DNA from: Nemertoderma westbladi
Lineage: Eukaryota > Animalia > Xenacoelomorpha
Direction of reading: 5' to 3'
DNA: 64,000 nt
NCBI GenBank assembly: GCA_032718475.1
Contig: JAUCBJ010008126.1
Location: 120,407 to 184,406 of the forward strand
Each line of letters starts with the position of its first letter. Position 1 is the stretch's first letter. Shown piece after piece: positions 14,123 to 28,111 of the stretch. The translations under genes and the position numbers were made by a program. The notes below the pieces were generated by a model. That model was not told the DNA's origin and searched no databases. It worked only from the letters and a program-made list of their open reading frames with translations.

Positions 14123-14199
14123 CTGGTTCAACCCCCGGTGACGTGCTTTCACATTTTTTCCATTTCAGAACAACACCATAATATTACAAAATAATACAT

Positions 14200-14400
14200 A
14201 ACCCATCAGCGGATAGTTTAATTGCATCGCGCACAAGAGGGAATGGATGTAAACTTTTTATCCCTAGATCATCTTTACCAGAATAGTTTTCAGTGCGTAG
14301 AATCGACATCTGGAACAGCCTGCCATCTAATGTTGTCCTTGCATCTAATATTACTTTGTTCAAAAAACTGCTATCTGATGTTGATTTGTTGCCCCACTGT
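14200..14400 (+). mobile_element. 3' fragment of a CR1-like LINE ORF2
   Basis: RRIDIWNSLPSNVVLASNITLFKKLL matches the typical CR1 ORF2 C-terminus. Confidence 0.7.
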
Positions 14401-16124
14401 CAGGGCAGTTGGAAAAAACTATGTTCGAAATCAACCCATATTTTACACTCTCATAAATTTGTACACAAACATAATTTTTATTCGAATTAATTTGTTTTGA
14501 TGTATGAGGTGTGCCAATGGTTTTACTGTATGACATATACCAAATTTTAATTTTTTAAATTCTAATTTTAATGTTGCGGTATCTATATCTACGTTTAACA
14601 TATGCACATCTATGTTACATTTTTACTGATAAATGCTGGTTAAGTAAATTAATTAATTACTTAAATTTTATTTACATATACTCTGGGGTGCTTTGTTACA
14701 CAGCTGAGTGCAAATTTATATTATGAAGCCACCTGCGTGTGGTCATCTTTTCTGCGTTGATCTATTGTGCGAATTTGAACGATTTTGTCATTAAATTACA
14801 ATTACAGTATGTCTCAAAAACAATAGAAAGTATACTATCTGTTTGAAAAATGTCCTATATCGGTTATCTTTGTCCGTGACTTCATTTCTGATCTTAGTAT
14901 TCAAATTTGGCCTCGTCGTATGTTTGAATGACTGCCAGTCAGCCCCTCAAAATATAACCGATATCCTGAGAGCCAAACATACAATGTATGGAAGTCACAA
15001 ATGTTAAAACTGACACTAGAAATGAATTCGGCGTTCATGAAAACCCATACTGCAGCCGGGATCAAACTCGAGTCTATGTTGGTAAGTATTTAGCAATGTA
15101 ACCATTCCACTTATCAGCAAGAATGGAAACATGGGCACAATGAGGAACGAGCTGGAGCTGTAATTAACGTATCCTATTAAATCCTAACTTTAAACACTTT
15201 TACGATGTTTAAACACTGTAAACCAGTTAGAGTTCACAAGTTGAGGGTAACAGATTGGAGGGTGCATGTCTGTGAAATGTCTTAAAATTTGATGCCATGA
15301 ACCACAATGGTCGTCTACAGTGCTTCAGTGGGTTACCAATCACTACCCTGTGTGTTATTGGGGGGGGGGGGGGGGGGGGGGGGGTATTCTACTCAGATGA
15401 TAGATACACTTGCTTGCAAACACACTTCTCCAAATATAATCTCAAACCAATAGAGTAAGCCTATTTATTACCATGGACTACTTCCATCAAAAGCAACCAG
15501 TTACAAGAAATGGCCCCAGGGAAGAAAAGAAGTGGATTCTAGATAAAACATCTTCAGATTTGGGATGCTTGACAGAAATGATTATTAATGATGCATAATA
15601 ATAGCTATATATACAACTAATTATTGATTTACTTATAATACATACATTTCATTAAAATGAAATTGTTATATTTACTGCGAGAACTCATTATTTTGCATTA
15701 ATGATGTATATGATATCGGTTATCATCATTTGTATATTGCTGGTAACCAATACAAAACCCAAAAGATATTAATTGAGGACGAGGTACTAATGTGGATGGA
15801 TGTTGCTGACAATTTTCAAGTTAGAGGTAGATAATGAAATCCAATCGGCTCACTGGTGCAAGAAGCAGTTTACCATTCATCCTGTGTGAATATAGGCAGA
15901 AAATATGAAGGCCAATGAAAATGGCCAATGTACAGATATACTTAAAGTATAGAAAATGATAGCTGGATACTTAGGCCTACCGTACTGCCATACAGCATAG
16001 CAGATACCAGCATACCGCTGTACCGCAAATAGTTGCTTCAGGCTGCTGTATAACTCAACCGAGCTGGGCCTGTAACCATTCCCGTTCTGCCATTATATTT
16101 TATTTTCGCACTGACTGAGGAAAT

Positions 16125-18577
16125 ATGCCAGCATCAGGTTCAAGAAGAACCAGTTTTATCGCCAAGCCCCACCAGGAACTTTTTGAATGTGATAACTGCA
16201 ACTGCCTTTTCATCGATAATCCCACCAGCAATGCTCACATGGGACTATGTCGCACCAACACCCCTGCCCTAGTTATAGTGGACCAGATAATGATTCTGCA
16301 TTATCGCGGAAATCTCCGTTAACCAATAGCTGTCCGCATTGTCGAAAGAAAGTGTCCGGGAACAACTGCCTTGGTTGTGAAACGTGTGGGAGGTGGATAC
16401 ACTGCACATGTCTCAAGTTATCTGCAAGCGAGGTCACCATAATGGAAAAGTGCGACAATTGCAAAATTGTTTGCAACTCTTGCCTATTGATGGGGCCCCT
16501 GAGGGTCGACCAAGCAAGCGACAACCACATCATCAGACATTGTATTAGAAGTACAAAACGCACTCAAATCTGAATTAGATACAATAAGGAAAGACATCAA
16601 TCTTCGATTACCACTCTTGGATGATGTTGACAGTGGAGACGATAACAACCCCTGGATCAAGGCGCATTCCAAACCCAAATCGTGATACAACTGAAACGCT
16701 CCAGGTCATCCACCAAAAGATCCCGTTCTGACTGTCGATGACGTCAACCGTGAGGTCCGTGAACAGCAGAAGCGCTCCACCAATATTGTAATTTCAGGGT
16801 TACCCAAATATACTACCACAGAGGGGTGTTTGGTTTCGGTTCGCTCTCTTCTAGAGTCTCAGTTTCAACAACAAACCGACCCCAGTTCAGCTGATAGCAT
16901 ATTTTCTCATCTGCCGGCCAAGCAAAACAAGAAATCAAAGCTCATTATCTGACTAAAAACATCTGTATCTGTTAACTCTATCATTCATCAGAAAAAGAAA
17001 CTTCGAGACACTATCGAATACAAGGATGTATACATCAACTGTGACTTAACCAGGCTCCAAGCGGAAACGCAATACAACAAATGGAAAGCATACCGTGAAC
17101 GAAACTTAAACCGCATGAACACCAACTCGCCAATCCACCTTGGAGGTGGTTCCATTCCGTTCACCCTACCCCATTCGTCTCATTCTTCTGAAGGACCGCT
17201 TGGGCAGCCGGAAAACTAACAGGGGGAGAAACCATCGATGTTTCGCAATCGACCTCAAGTCCCACACTTTTAAACTGTAATTTAGCTAACAGTCAAAGTG
17301 TTGGTAATAAACTTCCAGAATTAAACAACCTTTTTGACTCAGGAAATTATCACATTGTAGGTCTAACAGAATCGTGGTTACATGATACAATAACCACTGG
17401 TATGTTGTGCGACAATAGTTATAATATTTTCAGAAATGATAGAGTTACAGACACCATAGGTGGAGGTGTTGCATTATTTGTAAATAAGTCTTTGAAATGC
17501 TCGCAAGTAGTTATTAATGAAAAATTTTCAAGTTGTGAAATTGTAGCCATTGACATTTTGGGCGATGCTCCTACTAGAATTATTTATGCTTACCAACCAG
17601 GAAGCGACACTATTTTAGCTGTTAACAATTTATGTGAGTGTATTTTAGACCTTTGTAATGTACCCCACCCTAGTTTCCTCATTGGGGACTTCAATTTTAG
17701 AGACTTTCATTGGGATGACCTCACCTTCCCAGATAGTGATACTTACCATTCTTTTTTCAATTATATTAGTGAGGCTGGTTTGTCACAATTAGTTAAAGAA
17801 CCTATCAGAGGTGATTCAATTTTAGACTTAGTTTTTACAACAGAAGTGCTATGTATTTCTGACGTGAAAGTAGGAGAAGGCTTTTCCACTAGTGATCACT
17901 CGTCGGTAACGGTAACTTTTAATTTTTGTGGTCCTTTCCAATTTGTTGAAAGTTACCCTAAACATTACTTAAACTATGTCGCATTTGGTAATTACTTGGA
18001 TTGCCATAACTGGCAAGACAGCTTTTGCACATATGTTACAGTCAAAGACTTTTGGGTTACCTTTGATAATGTGTTAAAAACTGGAATAAAGCGGTTCGTT
18101 ACATTCTACAAAATACCAGCAAGTATGAGAAAGCGTTATCCCCATCACATCAAACAACTTCAACGAAAAAATAAATTACTTTGGAGGTGGAGGCCCACTT
18201 ACCAAGGTAAATTAAAATATCTTAAATGTGCCAAAGAAATATCTACAACAATTTTTAGATATTCCTGTTCTCCGAAAAAACAAATTTTAAATTGTGGCAG
18301 ACCTGAAGCATTATTTGAGTACATGAATTCCAAAAGAAATTACAAATCGGGCATTGCACTGCTGAAGTTTCAGGGAGATGTGATAGTAGATGATCCTACC
18401 AAAGCAAATTTTTTTTCGAAAGTTTTATCAGAAAACTATAGTGAAGATAACAAACAATTCTCCATCTTCAAACGCCGAGTACCTACTAGTGCTAGTAAGG
18501 GAAATGTTGATTTCAATCCCAATGTTAAAATTAAGATTCTGCAAGAACTACCACTTAAGACAAGTAATACTCCAGAT
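16125..18577 (+). mobile_element. CR1-like LINE, 5' part (degenerate ORF1 with PHD finger; ORF2 APE endonuclease), truncated before RT
   Basis: PHD CPHC...CETCGRWIHCTC...VCNSC. ORF1 motifs KRSTNIVISGLP and VYINCDLT. APE motifs GLTESW, RNDR...GGGVALFV, GDFN, LDLVFT, SDH. Ends at TSNTPDG. Confidence 0.85.
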
Positions 18578-19936
18578 GGGGAATCTCATTGATCTCGATT
18601 GCTGCAAAGCTATACAATAGAATTCTAATAAATCGCATCAGGGATCCCATTGAGAGACTGCTCCATGGAAATCAGAATGGGTTCCGTAAAGGTCGTGGGA
18701 ACATGGAGCCCATTTTGGCACTTAGAAGGATAATTGAAGAGTTATCAAAAAAGAAAGACAGGCATCTGGCTGTTATCTTTGTTGACTTCTTCAAGGCCTT
18801 TGATTCAGTCTCTCGTTCACTTATGTTCAGCATACTTTCATTATATGGGATTCCTGATGAAATTATTGCAGCAATCAGATCAGTATACAATGGTTCGACA
18901 ACATTTGTGTCTACTGTTGACGGTGACACAGAACCATTTGAAGTGTTATGGGGCGTCCTCCAGGGAGACACACTTGCACCATTCTTGTTCATAATTGTTG
19001 TTGACTATGTTCTACGCATGTCCTTAGATCATCATAATGATGATGGGGTGATGATAACTCCACCTACTGGCTCCAGAAGTCGAGGAAATCCTGCCAAGTA
19101 CCTAACTGATCTAGACTTTGCTGATGACTTAGGAGTACTCTCAGAATCACTAGAGGGAGCCCAACGGCTCCTCAGCTCATTAGAACATGCTGCTTCTAGT
19201 GTTGGTATTTTTATTAACTCTAGAAAGACCAAAATGTTGACAGTTAACTTTGAAAGTCCTCAGCAAGTCTCTGATCAGATGAGCATAAGCTCAAAGGATG
19301 GTATGCTTGAGCATGTGGATGACTTCAGTTACCTGAGATCATGGATCCGGAAGTCAGGTTAGGACCTTCGAATGTGTAAGGGAAAGGCATGGGCAGCCTT
19401 GAATAGGCTTTCCAGGATTTGGAAGTCACTGAGAATTAATCGGAAACTTAAGGTCCGATTATTTAGAGCAGCAGTAGTTCCAGTACTTCTCTATGGGAAT
19501 CCATGCTGGGCTCTAACTGCTGAGGACACCAAATTTCTGGATAGCACATTCACAAGAATGCTACGCCGGGTTCATTGTGTCAAGTACAATGCAAACATCT
19601 CCAACCAGACACTATATAACATTGGAGGTGTCTCATTGGTTCCCCCAAGCTTGACACTAGATCAAAATCGCCTCTGCTTTGCAGGACATTGCGTACGCCG
19701 TGAGGACCAGCCAGTGCATAATCTTGTACTTTGGCAACCTCATAGAGTGAATAAGCATGGTGGACAGCCCATGACTTTCTTGAGACGCATCTTAAAGGAT
19801 ACTGGCCTTGAAAATGCGGATGATCTAGCAAATGTCATTGGTGATAGGGAGTTGTGGCGGCGCAATTTTGTCAACAAGCCAGCACAGCATTCTTAAAAAT
19901 GCAGCTGCAATGCAGCATGACGATCCTAGTAGTAGT
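18578..19936 (+). mobile_element. 5'-truncated RTE-clade LINE (RT domain, one in-frame stop at 19360) with (TAG)n tail
   Basis: GISLISIAAKLYNRIL, QNGFR, DFFKAFDS, GVLQGDTLAPFLF, LDFADD, VPVLLYG, AGHCVR; 3' tail TAGTAGTAG. Confidence 0.9.
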
Positions 19937-20428
19937 TTTCCTTTTAGTCAAATTTCCAAGACCTGCCTACAGGACTGTATACAGTCCTGTATACTGTATA
20001 ATGAGTGATAGTAGTAGTAATTTTATTGACAGAATAATATAATAATAAAATATAAATAAACCATTGCAAGGAAGTGCAAGTAATGTAAACATACATTGAT
20101 AATGTAAATATGCAATAATATGTACAACGAAAAGCAAAAATAAATAAGTTAAACCATTCTAAATAAATAATTGTTATACATACATACATACTAGGTTAGA
20201 TTAAATATTACACCATAGATTTATGTAGCGTTTGGGGAAAAAAAGAGATACATGGAAATAAATAGTCAAAATAAATAAACTAGTTATACACAAATATTAA
20301 ATTAAATTATATAATATACCATAGATGCGATCATTTTTGTAGCGTTAAAAAAATTATAATAAGGGAAAATAAAGGAGAGAAAGGGGGGTTGCTCAGAGTT
20401 CATGTAGGGTCAAGTTACCTCAAGGAAC

Positions 20429-21154
20429 TTAAGGATGTTGGCTGCATGGCGGTAAACTGGGTCGCAATAGATATTCAATATGGGATAGACTAATTCCACT
20501 GACACCTATTTCCTGGGCCAATCGATTTCGTTTCTGGAAGAGGAGCGACGAAACAACATGGTCCTCCGTCTGGACTTGACCATATTTACAAAAAATGGAA
20601 CTCATATGGCGTTCTACTCCACCTCCCACGCTCGATGGCGAGATTGGTGGACAGCAGCCTGAATCTCGTCCAGCAGAGTCGATCCTTCTCAAGAAGTTCA
20701 GAAGAAGAACGCTGATAACATTTCGGCGACTCAAGGGGGGGGGGGGGGGGGGGGGGGTCATCTGTTGATAAACAATGCACCTGAATCCTGTAGAGTTGTT
20801 AATATGTTCGCAGAAACGAACTCTGGCGACAGCTACGGGATCAGAAGTGAGACCAACGGCTTCATCAATCTTCTTAGACATCTTGGAGTTGGCATAGCGG
20901 CATAGGTTAAGAGCATAAAGTAGGGGCTCATGTAGGTCAGGCCTCAATAATATTGAACGGAAAAAATTTCTCTGACGTTCCAAAACAAGTGACTTGGGAT
21001 CTCGTCTGCCTGTCTCAATATATAGCATCTCGCGGTTAATTTGTTGACGGACACTGACTGCACTACATAACATTCTGTTATACTTGTCAAATAACGACTT
21101 TGGTGGGGTTCCTGCTAGCCAGCTCTCACAGCCATAAAAGAGAGCAGAAATCAC
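20429..21154 (-). mobile_element. LINE ORF2 C-terminal remnant
   Basis: SALFYGCESW, EMLYIETG, RFRLLSTNLAIERGRW (frameshifted), VQTEDHV. Confidence 0.75.
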
Positions 21155-21269
21155 GGCCGCAGAAAATATAAATTTTCAGCGAAACTGGAAACTGGAAACA
21201 GCGAAAGTTATGTTTGTTTAGAAAACCATAAAATTTTATTATATGTTTTGATTTCTCACTGAGTTGGAT

Positions 21270-21620
21270 CCGGTACACAGAATACATCAAATCATCCTGA
21301 CAAATTTGATACATTTCACAAAAACGGTTGGACCTCAAGGTGGCTTGATATGGACACACTGGGATATCTGTGGCGCACTGTTGCAATTCCAACAATGGCA
21401 TATACATCTAAGTTTGTAATTGGTGCATTCTCAATTATAGAAGTAAATGAATTGGATATCTATTATCGCAAGATTCTACGTGGTATCCAAGATCTCGGGC
21501 TTATGCAAGCGATAATGTGATATATAATCTACTGGGATGTAACTCTTTCAGCGCCGAGATGGTCAAACTAGTGGTAGGTCTCGTACAAAGAGTAACCACA
21601 TTTCCAAATATTCTAATACA
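21270..21620 (+). mobile_element. LINE ORF2 C-terminal remnant
   Basis: LWRTVAIPTMAY...LDIYYRKILRGIQDL...VIYNLLG...SAEM, with a frameshift, follows the post-RT LINE pattern. Confidence 0.55.
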
Positions 21621-22299
21621 AGCAACAATACGGATATGCCTTAAGTTGAACATTTGCTACTCAAAGACTGCTGACACCCATTGATACAATGGGGTTTGGG
21701 TTCCATATATAGTAAATGCAGCGACGCGTACCCCATTCCCAGACTAGCATCTATACTGAACTCACAATATAGTAAAAACAAACTGTTGAGTCGACACAAC
21801 CGTGGCGACCTCACATTATCCGAGAATCTTAGATGTGTGTTCATCAGTGTTATTTGTCTTCACCATTCTCATTACAGCACTCAAGAATTCTGCAGTATTT
21901 TAATGTCCTATAATGACTGCCGATTCTACATTATTTAATCATTCACATCAATCATTCGTTTATCCATTCTTCCTCTCAATGGACTTGGTTGCTGCTCTGA
22001 TTACTCTCTGTCCTACTTGAGTCTTCTAACTTTCAGTACTCCATATTAACTGGTATTTTATATATTCACTTGTTCATTTCGTTCGTTTCTTTTTAATTTG
22101 ATTCAATTGCACCTACTTGTGCTTTTTATAAAACAATTTTACTTAAATAAATGCCAGCATGACTGGTTTGCGCATGGTTGCGCGAGTAACTAACTTACTG
22201 TATACCTTGGTACACAAAATGTATACCTTGAACCCATGCATACCTTGGATGTCTACCTTGGATAGCATGTGGTGTTATTTCGCCTATTAAATTTTTAGA

Positions 22300-23060
22300 C
22301 TTCAGTATATTTATATATTGTGGCAAGATCTGAAAAGAGCCCAAAATGACGATTATGGTATATAATATATATGCTGATGATCTTGTCATTGCGGGATACT
22401 CGATTGAGCAAGTCCAGAATGCCTCAGACATCCTAGAAGAGTACTGTTCATCAAACAAACTGGCAGTCAACATAGAGAAAAAATCATGAAATTCCGCCGA
22501 GGGGGAAATTGTGTTCAACTGACCCGCTAGCTGTTCTATAATGGATACCAATTAAAGTTTGAAAACAGCTTCGAATATCTTGGGGTTGTTCTTTCAACGA
22601 AAAACGGCCCCAGCGCTCATTATAATCACCAGTATAAAAAAGGGGAACGCCTGTTGTATGAACCTAACCCTGAAGGTTGATATAAAGAATCTCAGCTTAG
22701 AGTCAGCCAGACGTTTATGAACAGCTGTGGTGTACCCAGCTGTGACATATGGCTGCGAGTTGTTTGTACCAAAGTCACTATGCTGGATCATGGTCGCCGC
22801 ACTAGAGCATTCTATTATAAGCTTCTTTGGTGCAGTATTAGCAAATACAGCTCCTCCACGAATATTCTTAATGTCATTGATGGTGCAGTGAATGTGTTAC
22901 AGCCATAGTTCTCGATGGCCTGACAGGGTACCGACGCAGATGTGCAGCATTACTGGTAAGCAGTGGCTGCCACCAAGTTCTATGCAGCAAACCGAGCTGC
23001 TGGCGCAGTGCCACAGACTGTATCTGCCATCTTTGTCGACAACCAGCGGACGATATCCAG
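22300..23060 (+). mobile_element. Degenerate LINE RT remnant
   Basis: IYADDLVI near 22365, FEYLGV, VYPAVTYGCE; several frameshifts. Confidence 0.7.
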
Positions 23061-24532
23061 CACTACAGGTCATGTAACAGTATTCTGTCTTTTAACTCCA
23101 ATCTAAGATGGGCCTTGTTTCTGATGGACCTTGTAAATCTAAATCTAATCTAGACCCTGATGAAACTAGTTAAAATCAGTCACCACCACTGAGTTTCGCC
23201 TACTGATCCAATTAACTTTATTAATGTATTCCCGTCCTACTGTGCTTTTAAAATATTTTTTTTACTTAATTAATTATCTTTTAACATATTGTACGTGCGA
23301 CAAATTTTATCCAAATGTTTGGATGTAATATACAGAATTCATATAATATATTAAAAATTGTATAAAAAAATATTTTGCAACTCTTTGTCCATGTTTATTG
23401 ACCAATGACCAATAAGGTTAATAATGATATTGGAACCTTCTTGAGCGATATTAATCTAGAGGCTCAGAATTGGATGACGTGATTCTCCAGAATTACCAAC
23501 AGAGATTGGTACATTTTCAAATTTTTTTTTTCAAAAGATATATAAGCACAAAATTGTATACCTTCTTCTTCACTCCATTGCATTGCCTTGTTTTCAGATT
23601 ACAGCCTATCACTTCGATCTTTTATAGTTAGTTTTTTATGGTTAATTTTAAAACTAGACTGGCCATTGTCGTGGCTGAGTTGTGGTCAGTTATTTGCATT
23701 TTTTAATGTTTTTAACATATCATTAATATCTATATTGTTTGATTGTGTAATGCAATGTGTAATAGTCATGTCGCACCGACCGGTACATGCCTAGCTACTA
23801 TATCTACTCAAACCCCCGCAGTAGTCTGATTATGTTCAATAATCCACCCATACTCCCGCAGCAGTCTGATTATGTTCAATAATCCACCCATACGCCCGCA
23901 GCAGTCTGATTATGTTCATACAGTTTAATACAGTTTGTTTCTTTCAGTTTCAGGCATCATGTCACTCCGACCATTCAGGTCCAATATATCGAGGGTTTGG
24001 GGTTATGTCACGTTTTGGTCTGTGTGGTTCTTCTGGGATTGAGCAATTGAGGGGTTGTGTGGGACTGGGTGGAGGTGTGAGCAGTTCTGGTGGAGTGGCT
24101 ACACTCGGGGGTGCTGGCGAGGCTGGTAATGGTGTGGGGTTCCTCGTTTGGGTGGGACTGGGTGGAGGTGTGAGCGGTTCTGGTGGAGTGGCTACTAGTG
24201 CTGCGAACTGAAACAATATTTGACTAGTTTCAGTTTCAGTTCCAGTTTCAGTTCGAATAAACCTATTTATTTCAGTTCCAGTTGCAGTTCCAGTTTCAAA
24301 AAAAAATAGTTTCAGTTTCAGTTCTAGTTTCAGTTTGAATGAGGCTGTTTATTTAAGTTCCAGTTTCAGTTCCAGTTCCTGAAAAAAAATAGTTTCAGTT
24401 TCAATTCAAGTTTCATAACAATACTACGTAATAACAAGGCCTGCCGCTGTCATCCTATAGCAACCACAATACTGTATATATATTCAGTACTACCTGTATA
24501 TATTTATATTATATTATATTATATTATATTTT

Positions 24533-24609
24533 GTTGACAAGCCGGCACAGCATTCTTAAAAATGCAGCTGCAATGCAGCATGCCGATCCTAGTAGTAGTA
24601 GTAGTAGTA
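24533..24609 (+). mobile_element. Very short 3' copy of the same RTE family, inside the hAT
   Basis: Near-identical to 19868-19936, with a longer (TAG)n tail. Confidence 0.8.
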
Positions 24610-25508
24610 TATATTTATATTTATGGGCCAGTGTTGAGAAATCCAGAATTATACGAATATTAATTATTATCCTACAATAACTGAATAATAATTATAGTAG
24701 TAGTAATTTTATTGACAGAATATAGGAATAATACCCATATAAACCACCGCAAGGAAGTGCAGGTAATATTAACATTCGCAATACCTTCCCAAAAGTTAAT
24801 AATTACAAACTCCGCTGGGTGGAGCTGAAAACAGGCCTTTACTATACCGTATGTATAGTATCAAAGGCTGAACAGAGGCCTACCAGTACTACAGAATAAT
24901 ATTCCAGAATATAATTATTTTAGAGCCAATCTCTGACCAACTCCATCACCAAGGGTTACTGCTTATTGCTTTTATCATAGGCTTCTCCCTGCATAGCTTA
25001 CACTACACAACTTACAAATACTATATCGGGGATGGTTGAGCACGGTAATTCAGTCTTCTGCGTGCACGGCCTACTTGCTAGTAACTTTGTATAAGGAGAG
25101 TTGACATTATAAGAATCGTTCTAGCTAAAACGACGTACCAGTGCAGTAGAGTAGCTTGGTTCTTTCAACATTTTTTTTACTTAATTATTACTAAGTGTTC
25201 GTAGTAGTTTGTTGTATGTTGAATTCTGAGCTGAAATGTTTAGGTTGGGTTGTCTGTCAATTATGACATACATACATGTTCACAATTTTCATCATATAAT
25301 TAATGTAGAAGTAAACTACTTTTTATCCCCCCCTGAAATTGTTTGTTTGGCAAATTGGCACCCTACTGAATAATGTACTATTCTGGCTGCCTTCGCCTTG
25401 CGTTCATAAATATAATAATATTACAATGATTAGGCCTAAACAGTACATATACAGTACAAATGATTTGCATCGTTTGCAGTGGCTTAATGTATTTTCTCCA
25501 TTTCCGCA

Positions 25509-28111
25509 ATGACTTCAACTAGCCAAGCCTGCACAACCGGCAGAAAGCAGACATCAGCCATTCATTTATTCTACAAGAGGGAAGATGACGCTTTTCGTTG
25601 TAATTATGTGAATGATGATGATCAACAGTGTGAGTTACAGTCAAAGTGTGCCAACGGTCCAAGTAATTTAAAAAAAAACATTTAGAGCGGCGTCACCCAA
25701 TACTATATGAAAAATTTAAATCGGCTGGGAAAGATATATTAAGTATAAAAGAAGCAGAGGCAATAAAAAAATCCAAACTTCAAGCTCAAACTGGTTCTTT
25801 AGATGATTATTTAACGGTAAAGAAGGCAAAAGTTTCAACTGGAGAAGGAGAATCTCTCGTTCCCATTTTCAATCAGCAGCATTATCGACAACGGCACTTT
25901 AATAAGTTGCTAGCTACGTTTGTTGCTGTGTCACCACGTGGAAGTTTACGCACATATGTTTACGCAGAAAGAGTACGGGTTTCAAAAGATTATTTCATAT
26001 GTTAGTGATGGGAAATTTGGCATACCACATCATCAAACTATTTACAATATCATTAAAAAACAATCTGACTTCATAGAATCAACCATAAAGAAAGAGATTA
26101 CAACTGTGTCTTCAAATACGAGCCAGCGCATTATTGATAAATACGCGGCAATTCATGAACAATATGGGATTAAACCAACTCAAGTGGCATTATCATTTAC
26201 AGATAATGCTGCCAATATGGTGAAAGCATTTAACTTGTTAGACGACCGTGATACAGTGGCTGATCCTGCATACGGTTCATGTACTTATGGAGTTGTAATT
26301 AATTTTTTATTTTATATTTAATTATTCATATTCATTCATAAAAATTACCCATAGGAATTGTTCACGAAGTACTTCACCCTCAGAAGTGGAGGGGGCGGGG
26401 CCGGGGGTTGGGTATATCTGAGGGGGATAAAATGAAATAAATGGCATCACGTAATATAATATGTGAACAGCCCCATTACATTACATTATAGGAGAAGTTG
26501 TAATAATATATAAGATTGCACCATATCCCTAGGGAAATAAAGTGTCACCGGAAAATAAACACTATTTAAAATGAAGGCTAAAAAATTTTAAAACTAAAAC
26601 CTTATAAATTGCTAAAAGCAATTGGAAAATAGTGAAAAGGTTATACTTTCCAACAATTTTTTTCTTGAATCGTTTCATTTCTTTAGTATATTATCTCAAC
26701 GTAAGGGGCATTATATGAAATGCATCTTTATTCAGCGTGTTTTGGGGCATTATATGAAATGCATCTTTATTCAGCGTGTTTTAATTAGTTATTATTCTAG
26801 AAAAAAACATACAGAATCTTTTAAAATCACAAAATATTGAACTACAATTGCATAAGTACATTATTTCCTTAGCATCTGATAACGCACAAGGGGAAAATGA
26901 AGCAGATACTGCATTTGAACGTCTCATTAATGACTTAGCAACATTGAATAACAACCTTCGCCACTACGGTGATCCTATACATTCCAAGAATTTAGCGATG
27001 AAATTATGTTTCAAGCCACAATATAAATCAGTGGGAAATTTAATTGCTAGTGCTAGAGTTAGTAGTTATTAGTGTTAATACGATATCAAGATCCCCATCA
27101 CTAAAACAGGCATGGGATCGCGTGTGCACTTTATCACTAGTTGGTGATGTTGCAACACGATTTGATTCGATTTTTTTACTGACATCTCGGTTAGAAAATA
27201 CGAAAGTAGTGGCAGCATTACCAACATTTGTTATGGAGAATTCAATAACAACAAACCTTCTTCCTGGAACATACTTATGGGGTGAACTGGAGTCATTTAA
27301 CCGTCTCATGGAGCCCGTCTATAATGCAACGTTAATCCTCAGTAAGGACCACTTCAGTATCTGTAATTTATTTCCAGTTATGATACTCTTGCTACCTCGT
27401 CACTTGGAGAAGGAAACACACCCACAATCAAGTTTTCCAAAACTTGCAAAAGCAATATTGGAGGACATTAAAATACGTTTTTCATGGCTGCGAAATAACC
27501 CATATTTCCAACTTCTGACCTGTCTAGACCCAGGGTATAGCATAATATTTAGCAAGCCACCATTCTCATCCCACTTGGAAGAAATGACGGAGTTACTTGT
27601 AATTGAATATAAGACATGGGTGGCTGAGTCAACTGACTCCATCAACAATGTAGAAGAGGCTCCAATTGCTCAAGATAATGGTCCAAGTTCAAGCGATTCA
27701 AAAACTGATGAATGGGATTATTTCTTAGATGATCAGCCAGAATCGATACCACCAGTGTCTCAGGGTTCACAGGTTTACCAACAACCAACTGTGCATCCTA
27801 TTCAGGGGCAGTTCACTGATTATCGTCAGGAACATCATCAATCACACCCTCCAGCTATTAATATCAATGATTAGATCGCGCGGGCTGATGCACTGCATGT
27901 GTACTGGCGCAGCAAGCGTCACCAATGGCCTGAATTAGCAACATTTGCACTCGCTCATTTGACATTTTCTGGCGCTGGAATCGGTGTGGAGTGTTTGTTT
28001 TCTGGCGCTGCTATACAATCAGATGGGGGGCTTCGTTCAGTATCCAATACTGCACTCCGCCAGAGGACCCTAATTGCCTCAAACAAAATCCTTGTCGAAC
28101 ATATTGATTAA
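25509..28111 (+). pseudogene. hAT transposase (BED finger, catalytic region, hATC dimerisation domain), fragmented
   Basis: BED-like C..C...NLKKHLERRHP (frameshifted), TDNAANMVKAF, DVATRFDS, LDP, YWRSKRHQWPELA...VECLFS. Confidence 0.85.

Larger units (their letters stand above)
13890..14188. repeat. ~116-bp inverted repeat pair (13890-14005 and 14073-14188), each arm carrying a hammerhead ribozyme
   Basis: The arms are near-exact reverse complements separated by ~67 bp. Confidence 0.9.

Noticed and set aside
21441-21573. Candidate upstream iGluR ATD exon (LLGCNSFSAEMVKLV|GTAGGT)
   Set aside because: The surrounding translation fits a LINE ORF2 C-terminus better and is frameshifted.
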